NCBI GenBank assembly: GCA_039586755.1
Contig: JBDHJU010000011.1
Span: 14,412 to 78,411 of the forward strand
Direction: 5' to 3'
DNA from: Gemmatimonadota bacterium
GTDB taxonomy: Bacteria; Gemmatimonadota; Gemmatimonadetes; Palauibacterales; KS3-K002
Length of the DNA stretch: 64,000 nucleotides
Numbering within the stretch: position 1 is the first letter of the stretch; each line of letters begins with the position of its first letter. The position numbers and the translations under genes are program-made. Of this stretch, positions 17,191-28,741 are shown in pieces. The notes under the pieces are model-generated. The model made no database searches, had not been told where the DNA came from, and saw only the letters and a program-made list of their open reading frames with translations.

Positions 17191-17634
17191 TTGAGGAGCA
17201 GATATCTGGTAATCGTGTCACTGGCTTGCGCGGCCGCGTTCGCGGCGGGAGCACTCGCGCGCCAGCCCGCCGCGTCGGGTCAGGAGGCGTCGCCGGAGTC
17301 GTCGAAGCTCGCCGTGCTGTGGAGCAGCGGCGACCGGGACGTGGCGTTGAAGATGGTCTTCATGTACACGCTTAACGCCGAGCGACGTGCCTGGTTCGAC
17401 GAAGTCCAGCTCATCGTGTGGGGGCCCTCGTCGAAGCTTCTCTCGGTCGACGAGGAGTTGCAGGCCGCTATCCGGGAGATGGGTGAGGCCGGTGTGGAGC
17501 TCGTCGCCTGCAAAGCGTGCGCCGACAGTTACGGAGTGTCGGAAAAATTGGAGGAGCTAGGCGTCGAGGTGAAGTACATGGGCGTGCCGCTCACCGAGAT
17601 GCTCAAGAGAGACTGGGTGGTGGTGACGTTCTGA
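17191..17634 (+). CDS. Secreted DsrE/DsrF-like family protein
   Basis: TTG start with AGGAGG RBS. Signal peptide MRSRYLVIVSLACAAAFAAGALA. LAVLWSSGDRDVALKMVFMYTLNA...VQLIVWGPS...VELVACKACADSYGV...VVVTF. Confidence 0.7.
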   Translation: MRSRYLVIVSLACAAAFAAGALARQPAASGQEASPESSKLAVLWSSGDRDVALKMVFMYTLNAERRAWFDEVQLIVWGPSSKLLSVDEELQAAIREMGEAGVELVACKACADSYGVSEKLEELGVEVKYMGVPLTEMLKRDWVVVTF

Positions 17635-17746
17635 AGGTTAGCCGGGAGGCCGGTGCGTCGCTGCGCCTCGCGACGGGAAGCTGCTCTCGGCCACCGGCCC
17701 TCTATCGACATCTCCTACCGACACACCGGCCTCCCGGCGAACCTTC
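17633..17746. terminator. Long inverted repeat (23-nt arms, 22/23 complementary, ~68-nt loop) between convergent DsrE-like and HAD genes. Probable bidirectional terminator or structured element.
   Basis: GAAGGTTAGCCGGGAGGCCGGTG (17633-17655) against CACCGGCCTCCCGGCGAACCTTC (17724-17746). Confidence 0.45.
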
Positions 17747-17761
17747 AGCGCTCGGAAGAAC

Positions 17762-18769
17762 CTACGGTTCGAACGGGAAGACTCGCTTCCAGTCGATCTT
17801 CATCGAGATCACGGTCCAGCCGCGCTCAGCTGCCTCGTCGAGCGCTTCGTCGAGGTGGCCAATCGACGAGTCGCGGTCGTAGGCCCACTCGCGCTCGGCG
17901 TCGTCATGATGCACCAAAGCCATGAGTCTGGGGCCCGCGCCGGCGGCCGTGTACTGCAGCATCTGTAAATCGCCGTCCGAGTTGCCGAACGCCGCTATCG
18001 GGCGCCGCCCGATGAAGCGGTTGATACCCACAGGCTTACCTTCCTTATCGTCGACGAACTCGATCTCGGGTTGCTTGACCAGGACCGGCTCGCCGGCGCG
18101 CCACTCGAACCGGGTCACACCGCTCGACCCTATGACCTGCTCGGGCTCGATCCCGTAGACGTCCTCGGTGAAGACGCGCATGAAGTCGATGCCGCCGCCC
18201 GAGACGATAAAAGTCTTGAACTCGTTCGCCCGCAGGTATTCGAGCAATTCCAGCATCGGCTGGTAGGCCATGCCGGTGAACGGCTGATCGAAGCGCGGAT
18301 GACGCGCCGTGGCCAGCCAGTCGGCGACGTAGTTGCCGAACTCGTCCACCGTCATGCCGGCATGGGTCGCCATGACGACTTGCACGATGTCGTGTTCCGA
18401 CATCCGGGCGAGCGCTTCGCGATCGTTCTCCAAGATCGCCCTGAACGGCCCCTGATCGCGCCACTCCGGATGCTCTGCGGCCATGGCCCGTACGCGGTCG
18501 AGGGCGAAGAGCAGTTGGAAGTACAGCGGCTGCTCAGCCCAAAGCGTGCCGTCGTTGTCGAACACGGCGATCCGCTCTTCCGGCTCGACATAGGCCGAGC
18601 TGTTGGGATCGGTCACCGTCGCGACGAAGCTCGTGATCGCCTGCTTCGCGGGCCCGTCGTTCCAGGAGGGTAGAGGGTCAGCGCTGGTACCTCTGAGCGG
18701 TTCCTCCGAGACACCGCATCCTCCCAACAAGGCGAGCCCAATCAGACCGAGGGCGAGAATACGGGACAT
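17762..18769 (-). CDS. HAD-superfamily hydrolase, lipoprotein
   Basis: Lipobox LALLGGCG. Motif I VFDNDGTLW. Motif IV AAFGNSDGDLQML. Confidence 0.7.
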   Translation of the reverse strand: MSRILALGLIGLALLGGCGVSEEPLRGTSADPLPSWNDGPAKQAITSFVATVTDPNSSAYVEPEERIAVFDNDGTLWAEQPLYFQLLFALDRVRAMAAEHPEWRDQGPFRAILENDREALARMSEHDIVQVVMATHAGMTVDEFGNYVADWLATARHPRFDQPFTGMAYQPMLELLEYLRANEFKTFIVSGGGIDFMRVFTEDVYGIEPEQVIGSSGVTRFEWRAGEPVLVKQPEIEFVDDKEGKPVGINRFIGRRPIAAFGNSDGDLQMLQYTAAGAGPRLMALVHHDDAEREWAYDRDSSIGHLDEALDEAAERGWTVISMKIDWKRVFPFEP

Positions 18770-18863
18770 AGTGAACCTCAGCGGTTAGTGGCTGGTGACG
18801 CTTGACCGGGCGGGCGCCTGAAGCGCGCGCCCACCCGGTTTCTCTTGCAGCTTCGTGACAGTG

Positions 18864-20447
18864 TTAGTGTGCGCCTCCGCTGCTCTGCAGCATCTCCATC
18901 ACCTGGTCGAGGCTGAAGCTCGCCGGCCTTTGGCGCGGCGGGTACTCCCGGAACGTCGCCAGGAAACTACCCACGTACGACTGCGCCGGCACCAGCAGGT
19001 AGGCGCGGTCGAGCAGCCAATCGAAGTAGGTGTTCGAAGTGATGGGCGCCCGCTCGTACGGATCGCGCCGCAGGTTGAGGATGAGCGGGACCCGCAGCGG
19101 TACGAAGGGCTCCATCCAGACCCGGAAGGTGCCCGGCGACTTTTGCTCCATGAAGATGAGCTTCCAGTCGTCGTAGCGCAGCGCCGTGAGGTCGCCGTCG
19201 TCCGAGAAATAGAAGATCTCGTGGCGGCCGCTGCTCTCGGACTCGCCGATCAGATGCGGCAAGATGTTGTAGCCGTCGAGGTGGATCTGGTAGTTACGGC
19301 CCAGGGCGCGGGAGCGCCACCCGTCCAACAGGTCTTCCTTGACGTCGTCCTTGCCGGCGGCCGCGCTGAAGGTCGGGAGCCAATCCATGTGGTGGACGAT
19401 CTCGTTGGAGACCGAGCCGGCCTCGATATGACCAGGCCAGCGCACCAGCGCCGGTACGCGCCAGCCGCCCTCCCAGTTGGTGTTCTTTTCGCCGCGGAAC
19501 GGCGTGGCGGCGGCGTCGGGCCACGTGTTGTAGTGTGGGCCGTTGTCCGTGCTGTAGAAGACGATCGTGTTGTCGGCGATGCCGAGCTCGTCGAGCAGGT
19601 CGAGGAACCGCCCGATGTGCATGTCGTGCTCGACCATACCGTCGGCGTACTCGTCCTGGCCCGAGATGCCCCGTAGCTCTTCTTTGACGTGGGTGCGGAA
19701 GTGCATCCGCGTGCCGCTCCACCAGACGAAGAACGGTGTACCCTGGGCGTGTGCGTCCCGGATGAAGCGCATGGCAGCTTCCGAGGTCTCGTCATCGACC
19801 GTTTCCATCCGCTCTTTGGTCAGGGGCCCCGTGTCCTCGATGCGTCCGTCGGCCCAGCTGTGCATCACGCCCCGCGGGCCGAACGCCTCGCGGAAGGTGC
19901 GACCGTCAGCCATCACCACGTCGCCCGGGTAGTCCTCGTTCTCCGGCTCCTCCTCGGCGTTCAGGTGGTAGAGGTTGCCGAAGAACTCGTCGAACCCGTG
20001 GTTCGTCGGCAAAAACTCGTCGCGGTCACCCAGGTGGTTCTTACCGAACTGACCTGTGGCGTAGCCCAGCTCCTTCAGGACCACCGCGATCGTCGGATCC
20101 TCCTCACGCAGGCCCAGGTCGGCGCCTGGTAGCCCCACCTTACTGAGGCCGGTGCGGAACACGCTCTGGCCTGTGATGAACGAGGATCGTCCCGCCGTGC
20201 AACTCTGTTCACCGTAGTAGTCGGTGAAGATCATCCCCTCGTTGGCGATCCGATCGATGTTGGGTGTGCGGTAGCCCACCATGCCCATGGTATAGGCGCT
20301 GATGTTGGATTGGCCGACGTCGTCGCCCCAGACGACCAGGATGTTGGGTCGGTCCTGGGCGCCAGCCGGCGGCGCCGTCCAGGCGAGCAGGGCGACGGCG
20401 GCCACAGCAGCCACGGCGAAGCGCGTTAGGGTCTTGCAGTGAATCAC
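18864..20447 (-). CDS. Secreted sulfatase (arylsulfatase family) with atypical CTAGR formylglycine motif
   Basis: Signal peptide. NILVVWGDDVG...SCTAGRSSFITGQ. C-terminal sulfatase domain. Confidence 0.8.
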   Translation of the reverse strand: MIHCKTLTRFAVAAVAAVALLAWTAPPAGAQDRPNILVVWGDDVGQSNISAYTMGMVGYRTPNIDRIANEGMIFTDYYGEQSCTAGRSSFITGQSVFRTGLSKVGLPGADLGLREEDPTIAVVLKELGYATGQFGKNHLGDRDEFLPTNHGFDEFFGNLYHLNAEEEPENEDYPGDVVMADGRTFREAFGPRGVMHSWADGRIEDTGPLTKERMETVDDETSEAAMRFIRDAHAQGTPFFVWWSGTRMHFRTHVKEELRGISGQDEYADGMVEHDMHIGRFLDLLDELGIADNTIVFYSTDNGPHYNTWPDAAATPFRGEKNTNWEGGWRVPALVRWPGHIEAGSVSNEIVHHMDWLPTFSAAAGKDDVKEDLLDGWRSRALGRNYQIHLDGYNILPHLIGESESSGRHEIFYFSDDGDLTALRYDDWKLIFMEQKSPGTFRVWMEPFVPLRVPLILNLRRDPYERAPITSNTYFDWLLDRAYLLVPAQSYVGSFLATFREYPPRQRPASFSLDQVMEMLQSSGGAH

Positions 20448-20584
20448 GTTTTCCTCCCGGTTCTTGGTTCAGCTGTTGTTGGTTAGGTATCAGACATTCT
20501 CGTCAAGAGACAACGCCAAGGCAACCGGGGGTTCCGGCAGCTCCATGGCGAAGAGAAGCGACGCGGGCGCCCGCTCGGCACTCA

Positions 20585-22894
20585 TCAGTCGATCAACCGG
20601 AAAACGACCCTGTCCAACTCCCCGGTGAAAGGGAAGGCGCCGGTGTATTGCAATGACACCTGGGTGCCGTTGTCACGTCCGACGTCGAACGGTTCCGAGA
20701 GCGAGAACGTGGAGATGTGCGTTCTCGGCATGTCCACCTCGTCGACCTTCTCGCCGTTGACGAACAGCTCGCCATAGCCGGCGAAGTTGCCGGTGTTGGT
20801 GTACTTGAAGCTAAGCGTCGTCGGGCCGGTGGGTAGAGGTGGCGAAGTCAGCGTCCAGAACTCGCCGTCGAGGAAGTTATAATCGTAGTACAGGCGACCG
20901 TCCTTGATGAACATCGTGTAGCCGCCAGTGAACCCTCCGCAGGCGACGATCACGCCTTCCTCGTCGCCCTGCAGATCGATTGTGGTTTCGATGGTGTGAG
21001 AGCGGCCCTTAATGGGCGGTGACGCCTTCTCGGCGATTCGTACGGCCCCTGGATAGTAGAACGTGAACTCGGTCTGATCCCCGAACTGTCGGTCCTGCTG
21101 ACGACTGAGGCGCATGATCATGTCATCGTACAGCGGGTATACGTTGTACTTCCAGGCTTCCTGGTCGAACAGTTCGATCATCTCCTGCAGCTTCTCTGGG
21201 TACTGATCGGCGAGGTTCGTGCTCTCCGAGAAGTCCTCGTTCGTGTTATAGAGCTCCCACTCATCTAGCGCGAAATCCAGGGTGACGTTGAGGTCCCAGG
21301 GCATACGGCCCGCGTGCAACGTGACGGCCTTCCAGCCGTCGGCCCAGATCGCCCGGTTGCCGAACATCTCGTAGTACTGGACCTGCTTGGCGTTGGGTGC
21401 GTCGGCATCGTCGAAAGAATAACTCATGCTTACGCCGTCCATCGGCCGTTGGGGTATCCCGTCGATCTCGTCCGGCAATTCCAGTCCGGCCACGTCGAGC
21501 AGCGTGGGTGCGATGTCCGAGATATGGTGGTACTGGTTGCGGATCTCGCCTCTGGCCTGGATGCCAGCCGGCCAGTGGATGACGAGTGGGTCGTGAATAC
21601 CGCCGCGGTGCACCGACTGCTTGAAGTACTTGAAGGGCGTGTTCCCAGCCATCGCCCAGCCTGCGTGATAGTGCGGATAGGTGGACGGGTCACCCCACGT
21701 CTCGAGGCGCCGCATGTTGGCCTCGAACGCGGTCTGCAGGCCGTTGAGCACGTAGGTCTCGTTGAACGTTCCGGCCAGGCCTCCCTCGCCGCTGGCACCG
21801 TTGTCGGATGTCACTAGTATGATCGTGTTCTCCAATTCACCGACTCGCTCGATCGCTTCGATCATGCGACCGATTTCCATGTCGGTGTGCTCCATCATTC
21901 CGGCGAAGACCTCCATCTGTACCGCGTAGAGGCGCTTCTCCTCTTCAGACAGTGAGTCCCAGGCCGGGATGTCGTCGACCCTCGCGCTCAACTGTGTGTT
22001 CTCCGGCACGATGCCGAGCTCCTTCTGGCGGGCGAGGATCTGCTCGCGGACCTCGTCCCAGCCCACGTCGAACGCGCCCTGGTACTTGTCGATATACTCC
22101 TGCCAGACCTGGTGCGGCGAGTGCATGGCTCCGGGCGCCCAGAACACCATCCAGGGCCGGTCCGGCGCGGTGGACTCGTGTCCGGTAATGAGCTCAATGG
22201 CTCTGTCGGCCAGGTCGGTAGTGAGGTGGTAGTCCTCTTGATCCAACCACGGTTCGACGGGGTGGTGGTCGGCAAACAGCACGGTGCGGTACTGGTCCGC
22301 ATCTGCGGCCATGAAGCCATAGAAGTGATCGAACCCCTCGCCACTCGGCCACCGGGTGAACGGACCGGTCTGGGACACCTCGTTCAGTGGCGTGTGGTCC
22401 CACTTGCCGAGGGCGTAGTTCACGTAGCCGTTACCCTGCAAGACCTTGGCGACCGACTTGGCGTCCTCGGGGACGATGGCGTTGTAGCCGGGGAAGCCCA
22501 TGGCGGTGAGCGAGTGCGAGCCCAGGCCGATGGAGTGCGGGTTGCGCCCGGCCATGATCGAGGCACGGGACGGCGAGCAGAGCGCTGTGGTGTGGAAGTT
22601 GTTGTAGCGTAAACCGTTCGCCGCCAAGCGGTCGATGTTGGGCGTCTCGATCAAACCACCGAAGCTGCCGATCTGTGCGAAGCCAACGTCATCCAGCAGG
22701 ATGAGCAGCACGTTGGGTGCGCCCTCGGGTGCCGGTGTAAACGTCTCCGGCCACCACTCCTCGCTCTCATCATAAGAGCGGCCAATCGTGCCCTCGAACT
22801 CCTGCGCCCCATGCTGAGTGCTCGTCGTCTCGCATCCGGCCAGCAGGGCCAGAAAAGCGAGACCGGCGAACGCTCTGGGCCTGCTCCATCGCAT
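20585..22894 (-). CDS. Large sulfatase (769 aa) with canonical CSPSR motif and a C-terminal extension. Lipoprotein.
   Basis: LAGCETTS lipobox. NVLLILLDDVGFAQ...HTTALCSPSRASIMAGRNPHSIG. Confidence 0.8.
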   Translation of the reverse strand: MRWSRPRAFAGLAFLALLAGCETTSTQHGAQEFEGTIGRSYDESEEWWPETFTPAPEGAPNVLLILLDDVGFAQIGSFGGLIETPNIDRLAANGLRYNNFHTTALCSPSRASIMAGRNPHSIGLGSHSLTAMGFPGYNAIVPEDAKSVAKVLQGNGYVNYALGKWDHTPLNEVSQTGPFTRWPSGEGFDHFYGFMAADADQYRTVLFADHHPVEPWLDQEDYHLTTDLADRAIELITGHESTAPDRPWMVFWAPGAMHSPHQVWQEYIDKYQGAFDVGWDEVREQILARQKELGIVPENTQLSARVDDIPAWDSLSEEEKRLYAVQMEVFAGMMEHTDMEIGRMIEAIERVGELENTIILVTSDNGASGEGGLAGTFNETYVLNGLQTAFEANMRRLETWGDPSTYPHYHAGWAMAGNTPFKYFKQSVHRGGIHDPLVIHWPAGIQARGEIRNQYHHISDIAPTLLDVAGLELPDEIDGIPQRPMDGVSMSYSFDDADAPNAKQVQYYEMFGNRAIWADGWKAVTLHAGRMPWDLNVTLDFALDEWELYNTNEDFSESTNLADQYPEKLQEMIELFDQEAWKYNVYPLYDDMIMRLSRQQDRQFGDQTEFTFYYPGAVRIAEKASPPIKGRSHTIETTIDLQGDEEGVIVACGGFTGGYTMFIKDGRLYYDYNFLDGEFWTLTSPPLPTGPTTLSFKYTNTGNFAGYGELFVNGEKVDEVDMPRTHISTFSLSEPFDVGRDNGTQVSLQYTGAFPFTGELDRVVFRLID

Positions 22895-23028
22895 ACGACA
22901 CCTCCCGGAAGGTTCAGGTCGAAATCATCGTGGTGGTCCTCGGGTTCCCGGTCTGACGCGACCGAGGAGCTATCCCGGATCCTTACGGCAATGTCCTTCT
23001 ACTGTGTGCGGTTCCATGGGCTCACCGC

Positions 23029-24051
23029 TTATGGCTTACCGGCCCGCCAGGTACGGCCGGAGCGCAGCAGGTCGTTTAGGTCGCCGCAGCAGGCGGCATC
23101 GAGGCGCGACTCGACCTGGTCCTCGTAGGCCGGCGCCGGGTCGCAGTAGATGACGCCCAGCGCCACCGGGAGCTCCGGCGGCTCCATGGCGACGAGCAGC
23201 TGGGCGAGCCCGCGGTCCTTCTCGTCGTGGACCAGGATGTCGTCCTCGGTCACACCATCCTCGCCGATCGTCACGGCTTCGAGCTGCAGGGTGCCGGGCT
23301 TGAGCCGCAGGCCCTTCTCCCTGTCCTTGCCGAACAGCAAGGGCTGCCCGTGCTCGACGTGGACCTGGCGGTCGGAGGCGATACTCTTTTCGGTGAAGTC
23401 AGAGAACGCCTTGTCGTTGAAGACGATGCAGTTCTGGAAGATCTCTGTGAACGAGGCGCCGTGATTCTCGTGGGCGCGCTTCAGTACCTCTATCAGGTGC
23501 TTCTGCATCGTGTCGACGGAGCGGGCGACGAAGCGGGCGCCGGCGCCGAGTGCGAAGGAGCAGGCCGACAGCGGCTGCTCGAGCGAGCCGCGCGGGCTGG
23601 ACGGTGAGGTCGTACCCTGGCGCGAGGTCGGCGAGTACTGCCCCTTGGTGAGCCCGTAGATCTCGTTGTTGAAGAGGCAGATCTGCAGGTTCACGTTGCG
23701 GCGTAGGGTGTGGAGCGTGTGGTTGCCGCCGATGCTCAGGCCATCGCCGTCGCCGGTGACGACCCAGACGTCGAGCTCGGGGTTGGCCAGCTTGATACCG
23801 GTGGCGAACGCTGGAGCGCGCCCGTGAATCGTGTGGAAGCCATAGCTCGACATATAGTAGGGGAACCGCGCGGCGCAGCCGATCCCCGAGACGAAGACCG
23901 TGTCCTCGCGCTTCACGCCCAGCTCGGCCAGCGTTTTCTGGATGGCCTTGATGATCGCGTAGTCGCCACAGCCGGGGCACCAGCGGACCTCCTGGTCCGA
24001 GGCGAAGTCGCCGGGCTTCAGCTGATCGATATCCTTCATCGTTGTGCTCAT
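23029..24051 (-). CDS. korB: 2-oxoacid:ferredoxin oxidoreductase beta subunit (TPP-binding), KorB-like
   Basis: WCPGCGDYAI...GIGCAARFPYYM...GDGDGLSIGGNH (TPP-binding motif). Confidence 0.8.
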   Translation of the reverse strand: MSTTMKDIDQLKPGDFASDQEVRWCPGCGDYAIIKAIQKTLAELGVKREDTVFVSGIGCAARFPYYMSSYGFHTIHGRAPAFATGIKLANPELDVWVVTGDGDGLSIGGNHTLHTLRRNVNLQICLFNNEIYGLTKGQYSPTSRQGTTSPSSPRGSLEQPLSACSFALGAGARFVARSVDTMQKHLIEVLKRAHENHGASFTEIFQNCIVFNDKAFSDFTEKSIASDRQVHVEHGQPLLFGKDREKGLRLKPGTLQLEAVTIGEDGVTEDDILVHDEKDRGLAQLLVAMEPPELPVALGVIYCDPAPAYEDQVESRLDAACCGDLNDLLRSGRTWRAGKP

Positions 24052-24052
24052 G

Positions 24053-26011
<1,959 letters not shown>

Positions 26012-26277
26012 TACTATCAGAATCGTCGTTCCCCGCTAGGCGCTGGTAATCTCGAAGAATCGCCCGAATTCCTCCTTCTGGTAACAGGCATTGGGCGAGC
26101 CCCTGACCGTGTTCAGCCCCTGGGTGTGAAACGGCCGAAATACGAATCCGTGTTCCCGATAACAAGAATCGAGGGGGCCCTGGCTCCCTCCGGCTATGGG
26201 CATTTGACAGCTACTGAGGTGGGTCCGCAACGTAGGGCGCGGCCCCTCTGCCATCAAACCTCTGACGGATCCGGCTC

Positions 26278-27201
26278 ATGCAGGAGACCATTCGGAGAAC
26301 CGTGCGGCTCGCCGCCCTCGGCGTCGCCCTGGCGCTGGCGGGCGCCGGCTGCGCTGGCGACCGGCTCAAGGCGCTGGGCGAACGTATCGAGGGACGTATC
26401 GCAGATAGCGGTGCCGAGGTCGTCGGCGTCTACTTCAAGGATCTGCTGAACGACGACTCGCTGCTGATCGCGGCGGACGTTCGAGTTCATGCGGCGAGCA
26501 TGATAAAGGTTGCGGTGATGATCCAGCTGTTCCGCGATCACGCGGCGGGGCTATCGAGCCTGGACGATAGCCTGACCATCACCAGGACCTTCGAATCGAT
26601 CGTCGACGGCTCGCCCTACGAGCTGGGCGCCCCGGACGACAGTGACACGACGCTCTATCGCCGGGTCGGCGAGCGTGAGAGCGTGCGGCGGCTGACGGAG
26701 CTGATGGTCACCGTCTCCAGCAACCTGGCGACCAACATGCTGATCGAGCACGTGGGCGCCGATCGAGTGACGGCGACGATGCGTTGGCTGGGGGCGGACT
26801 CGATCGAGGTTCTGCGTGGGGTGGAGGACGGCAAGGCATACCGCGCGGGCCTTAGCAACACTACTACGGCCCGAGATCTTGGAGTAATCTTCAGCGCTAT
26901 CGCCGAAGGTCGGGCGGCGGCCGGCGCAGCGGGCCGGGAGATGATCGAGATCCTCCTGCGTCAGGAGTTCAACACAAAGATCCCCGCCGGCCTCCCAGCG
27001 GGCGCGCGGGCGGCGCACAAGACGGGTTGGATACCCGACTACGTCAGCCACGATGGCGGCATCGTCTATCCCGACGGCGGGGATGTGTACGTGCTGGTGG
27101 TGCTGACCAAGGGCGGGGAAGGTCACGACGATTACGCCGAAGAGTTAATCGCCGACATCTCGCGCATGGTCTACGACGCGGTTCGAGACGGCCGGGGTTG
27201 A
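26278..27201 (+). CDS. Class A beta-lactamase-like serine hydrolase, lipoprotein
   Basis: ALAGAGCAG lipobox. SxxK = ASMIKV. SDN-like = VSSNLATN. KTG = HKTGW. Confidence 0.7.
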   Translation: MQETIRRTVRLAALGVALALAGAGCAGDRLKALGERIEGRIADSGAEVVGVYFKDLLNDDSLLIAADVRVHAASMIKVAVMIQLFRDHAAGLSSLDDSLTITRTFESIVDGSPYELGAPDDSDTTLYRRVGERESVRRLTELMVTVSSNLATNMLIEHVGADRVTATMRWLGADSIEVLRGVEDGKAYRAGLSNTTTARDLGVIFSAIAEGRAAAGAAGREMIEILLRQEFNTKIPAGLPAGARAAHKTGWIPDYVSHDGGIVYPDGGDVYVLVVLTKGGEGHDDYAEELIADISRMVYDAVRDGRG

Positions 27202-27212
27202 GCGACGACCTG

Positions 27213-28040
27213 TCAGGCGAGGCCGACGAGCAATGCGGCCAAGACCAGGACGTTGCTCGCAACCAGCGACCAGCCCAAGCGCCGCAGGTTGCGTGGATGA
27301 ACGCCCAGCAGGCCGAAGACGAGTGCGGCCAACGCCGTTGGCACGATGGCCACGGCGGCGAGAACCGGGACGTCACTGCCAAGGGCGAGGGCGATGGCTA
27401 GGGCGATGGCAACGGCGCAGAGCAGGGGGGCCAGGTGAACGGCTCGGCTCGGGTCCGCCGTCTTCTTTGCCCGTGCGATGATGGCCCGCACCGTTATTGT
27501 GCCGAGTTGGAAGACGACCGCCCAGACGACGAAGGCGACTACGGTCTCGCGAACGCCGGCGCCTCCGGCGAGCGCCACCGGGATCATGGTGCTCGAAAGG
27601 GTGACCGAAACGAGCAACTCGCCGATAAGTGTTTTTTCCTGACGCTTGAGGGTCAGGGGAGCGAGCAGCGTGCCCAGTGCTAGAGGGACGACGGCTGAGT
27701 AGCGCGCGGTCGGTGTCGCCAACCACAGCCCTGCGGCCCCGGCAATCGCAGCGACGGCCAACACCATGGCGCTGAGCCTGCGTGCCCGATCACCCTGCTC
27801 GCGCTTCGCACGACCCCCGCGTCCGCCACTCAAGACCATGACCGGCTCGTGGACCAAGAAGACGGCGATGATGCCGACGACTAGCAGTAGAGGAGCGAAG
27901 CCCGGGTCGCCGAGCGCCAGCGCCGTCACCAGCGGGAAGCCCAGCTGGGCATAGGCGCCGTGTTCCCGCGGCAGAAGCGACGGCCCGTGGCCGGCACGCC
28001 CTTCCGTCACCGGTTCAGCCCCCGCCTCTCGTAGTAACAC
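27213..28040 (-). CDS. Polytopic membrane protein, YwiC-like
   Basis: [21 protein letters not shown] followed by ~7 hydrophobic helices. Confidence 0.4.
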   Translation of the reverse strand: MLLREAGAEPVTEGRAGHGPSLLPREHGAYAQLGFPLVTALALGDPGFAPLLLVVGIIAVFLVHEPVMVLSGGRGGRAKREQGDRARRLSAMVLAVAAIAGAAGLWLATPTARYSAVVPLALGTLLAPLTLKRQEKTLIGELLVSVTLSSTMIPVALAGGAGVRETVVAFVVWAVVFQLGTITVRAIIARAKKTADPSRAVHLAPLLCAVAIALAIALALGSDVPVLAAVAIVPTALAALVFGLLGVHPRNLRRLGWSLVASNVLVLAALLVGLA

Positions 28041-28468
28041 TGGTGGTAGTCCTCGGCCGGGTAGAATTCGGCCGACGGCACGATCTCCGTCACGATCGAA
28101 TGGCTGAAGTGACCGCTCGCCTCGAGCCTTTCCTTTGAGGCGAGTGCCGCCGCCTCCTGCTCAGGCGAGTGGAAGAAAACAGCCGAGCGGTACTGCGACC
28201 CCACATCGGGACCCTGCCGGTTCGGCGTGGTCGGGTCGTGGATGTTCCAAAAGATCTCGAGCAGTTGCTCATAGGAGATCCTCGACGGGTCGTACTCGAC
28301 TTCAACCGCCTCCGCGTGCCCCGTCGTGCCCGAGCACACGTCGTCATAGCTGGGGTCCTCGGCGTGTCCTCCGGTGTACCCCACGAGTGTCGATTCAACT
28401 CCTTCGACCTTGCGAAAGGCGGCCTCGATTCCCCAGAAGCAGCCTGCAGCGAACGTGGCCTTCTCCAT
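28007..28468 (-). CDS. msrA: Peptide methionine-S-sulfoxide reductase MsrA
   Basis: [24 protein letters not shown]...[13 protein letters not shown]...[13 protein letters not shown]. Confidence 0.9.
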   Translation of the reverse strand: MEKATFAAGCFWGIEAAFRKVEGVESTLVGYTGGHAEDPSYDDVCSGTTGHAEAVEVEYDPSRISYEQLLEIFWNIHDPTTPNRQGPDVGSQYRSAVFFHSPEQEAAALASKERLEASGHFSHSIVTEIVPSAEFYPAEDYHQCYYERRGLNR

Positions 28469-28741
28469 CGCGTTACCGCTCTCCTTGTTCGTCCCGTGAC
28501 CATCAGCGCGCCGCGCTGTCTAGGAAACCGCTCCAGGCCGTCCTGAGTTCGCGCCAAATAAAGTGGGCACTCGATTGGGCGCAAGCTGAGGGCGGATCCC
28601 GGGTGGCAGCCGGAGGATGATTGGACCCGGGGCCGTTGGCTGGATTCCGTAAGCTTAACGGGGGATCGTGCTAGACTTACGCAGGTCGGCTTAGCCATCC
28701 TATCCGACTGTAATTGCCATCCAACCAGCGGGCGGGAGGGA

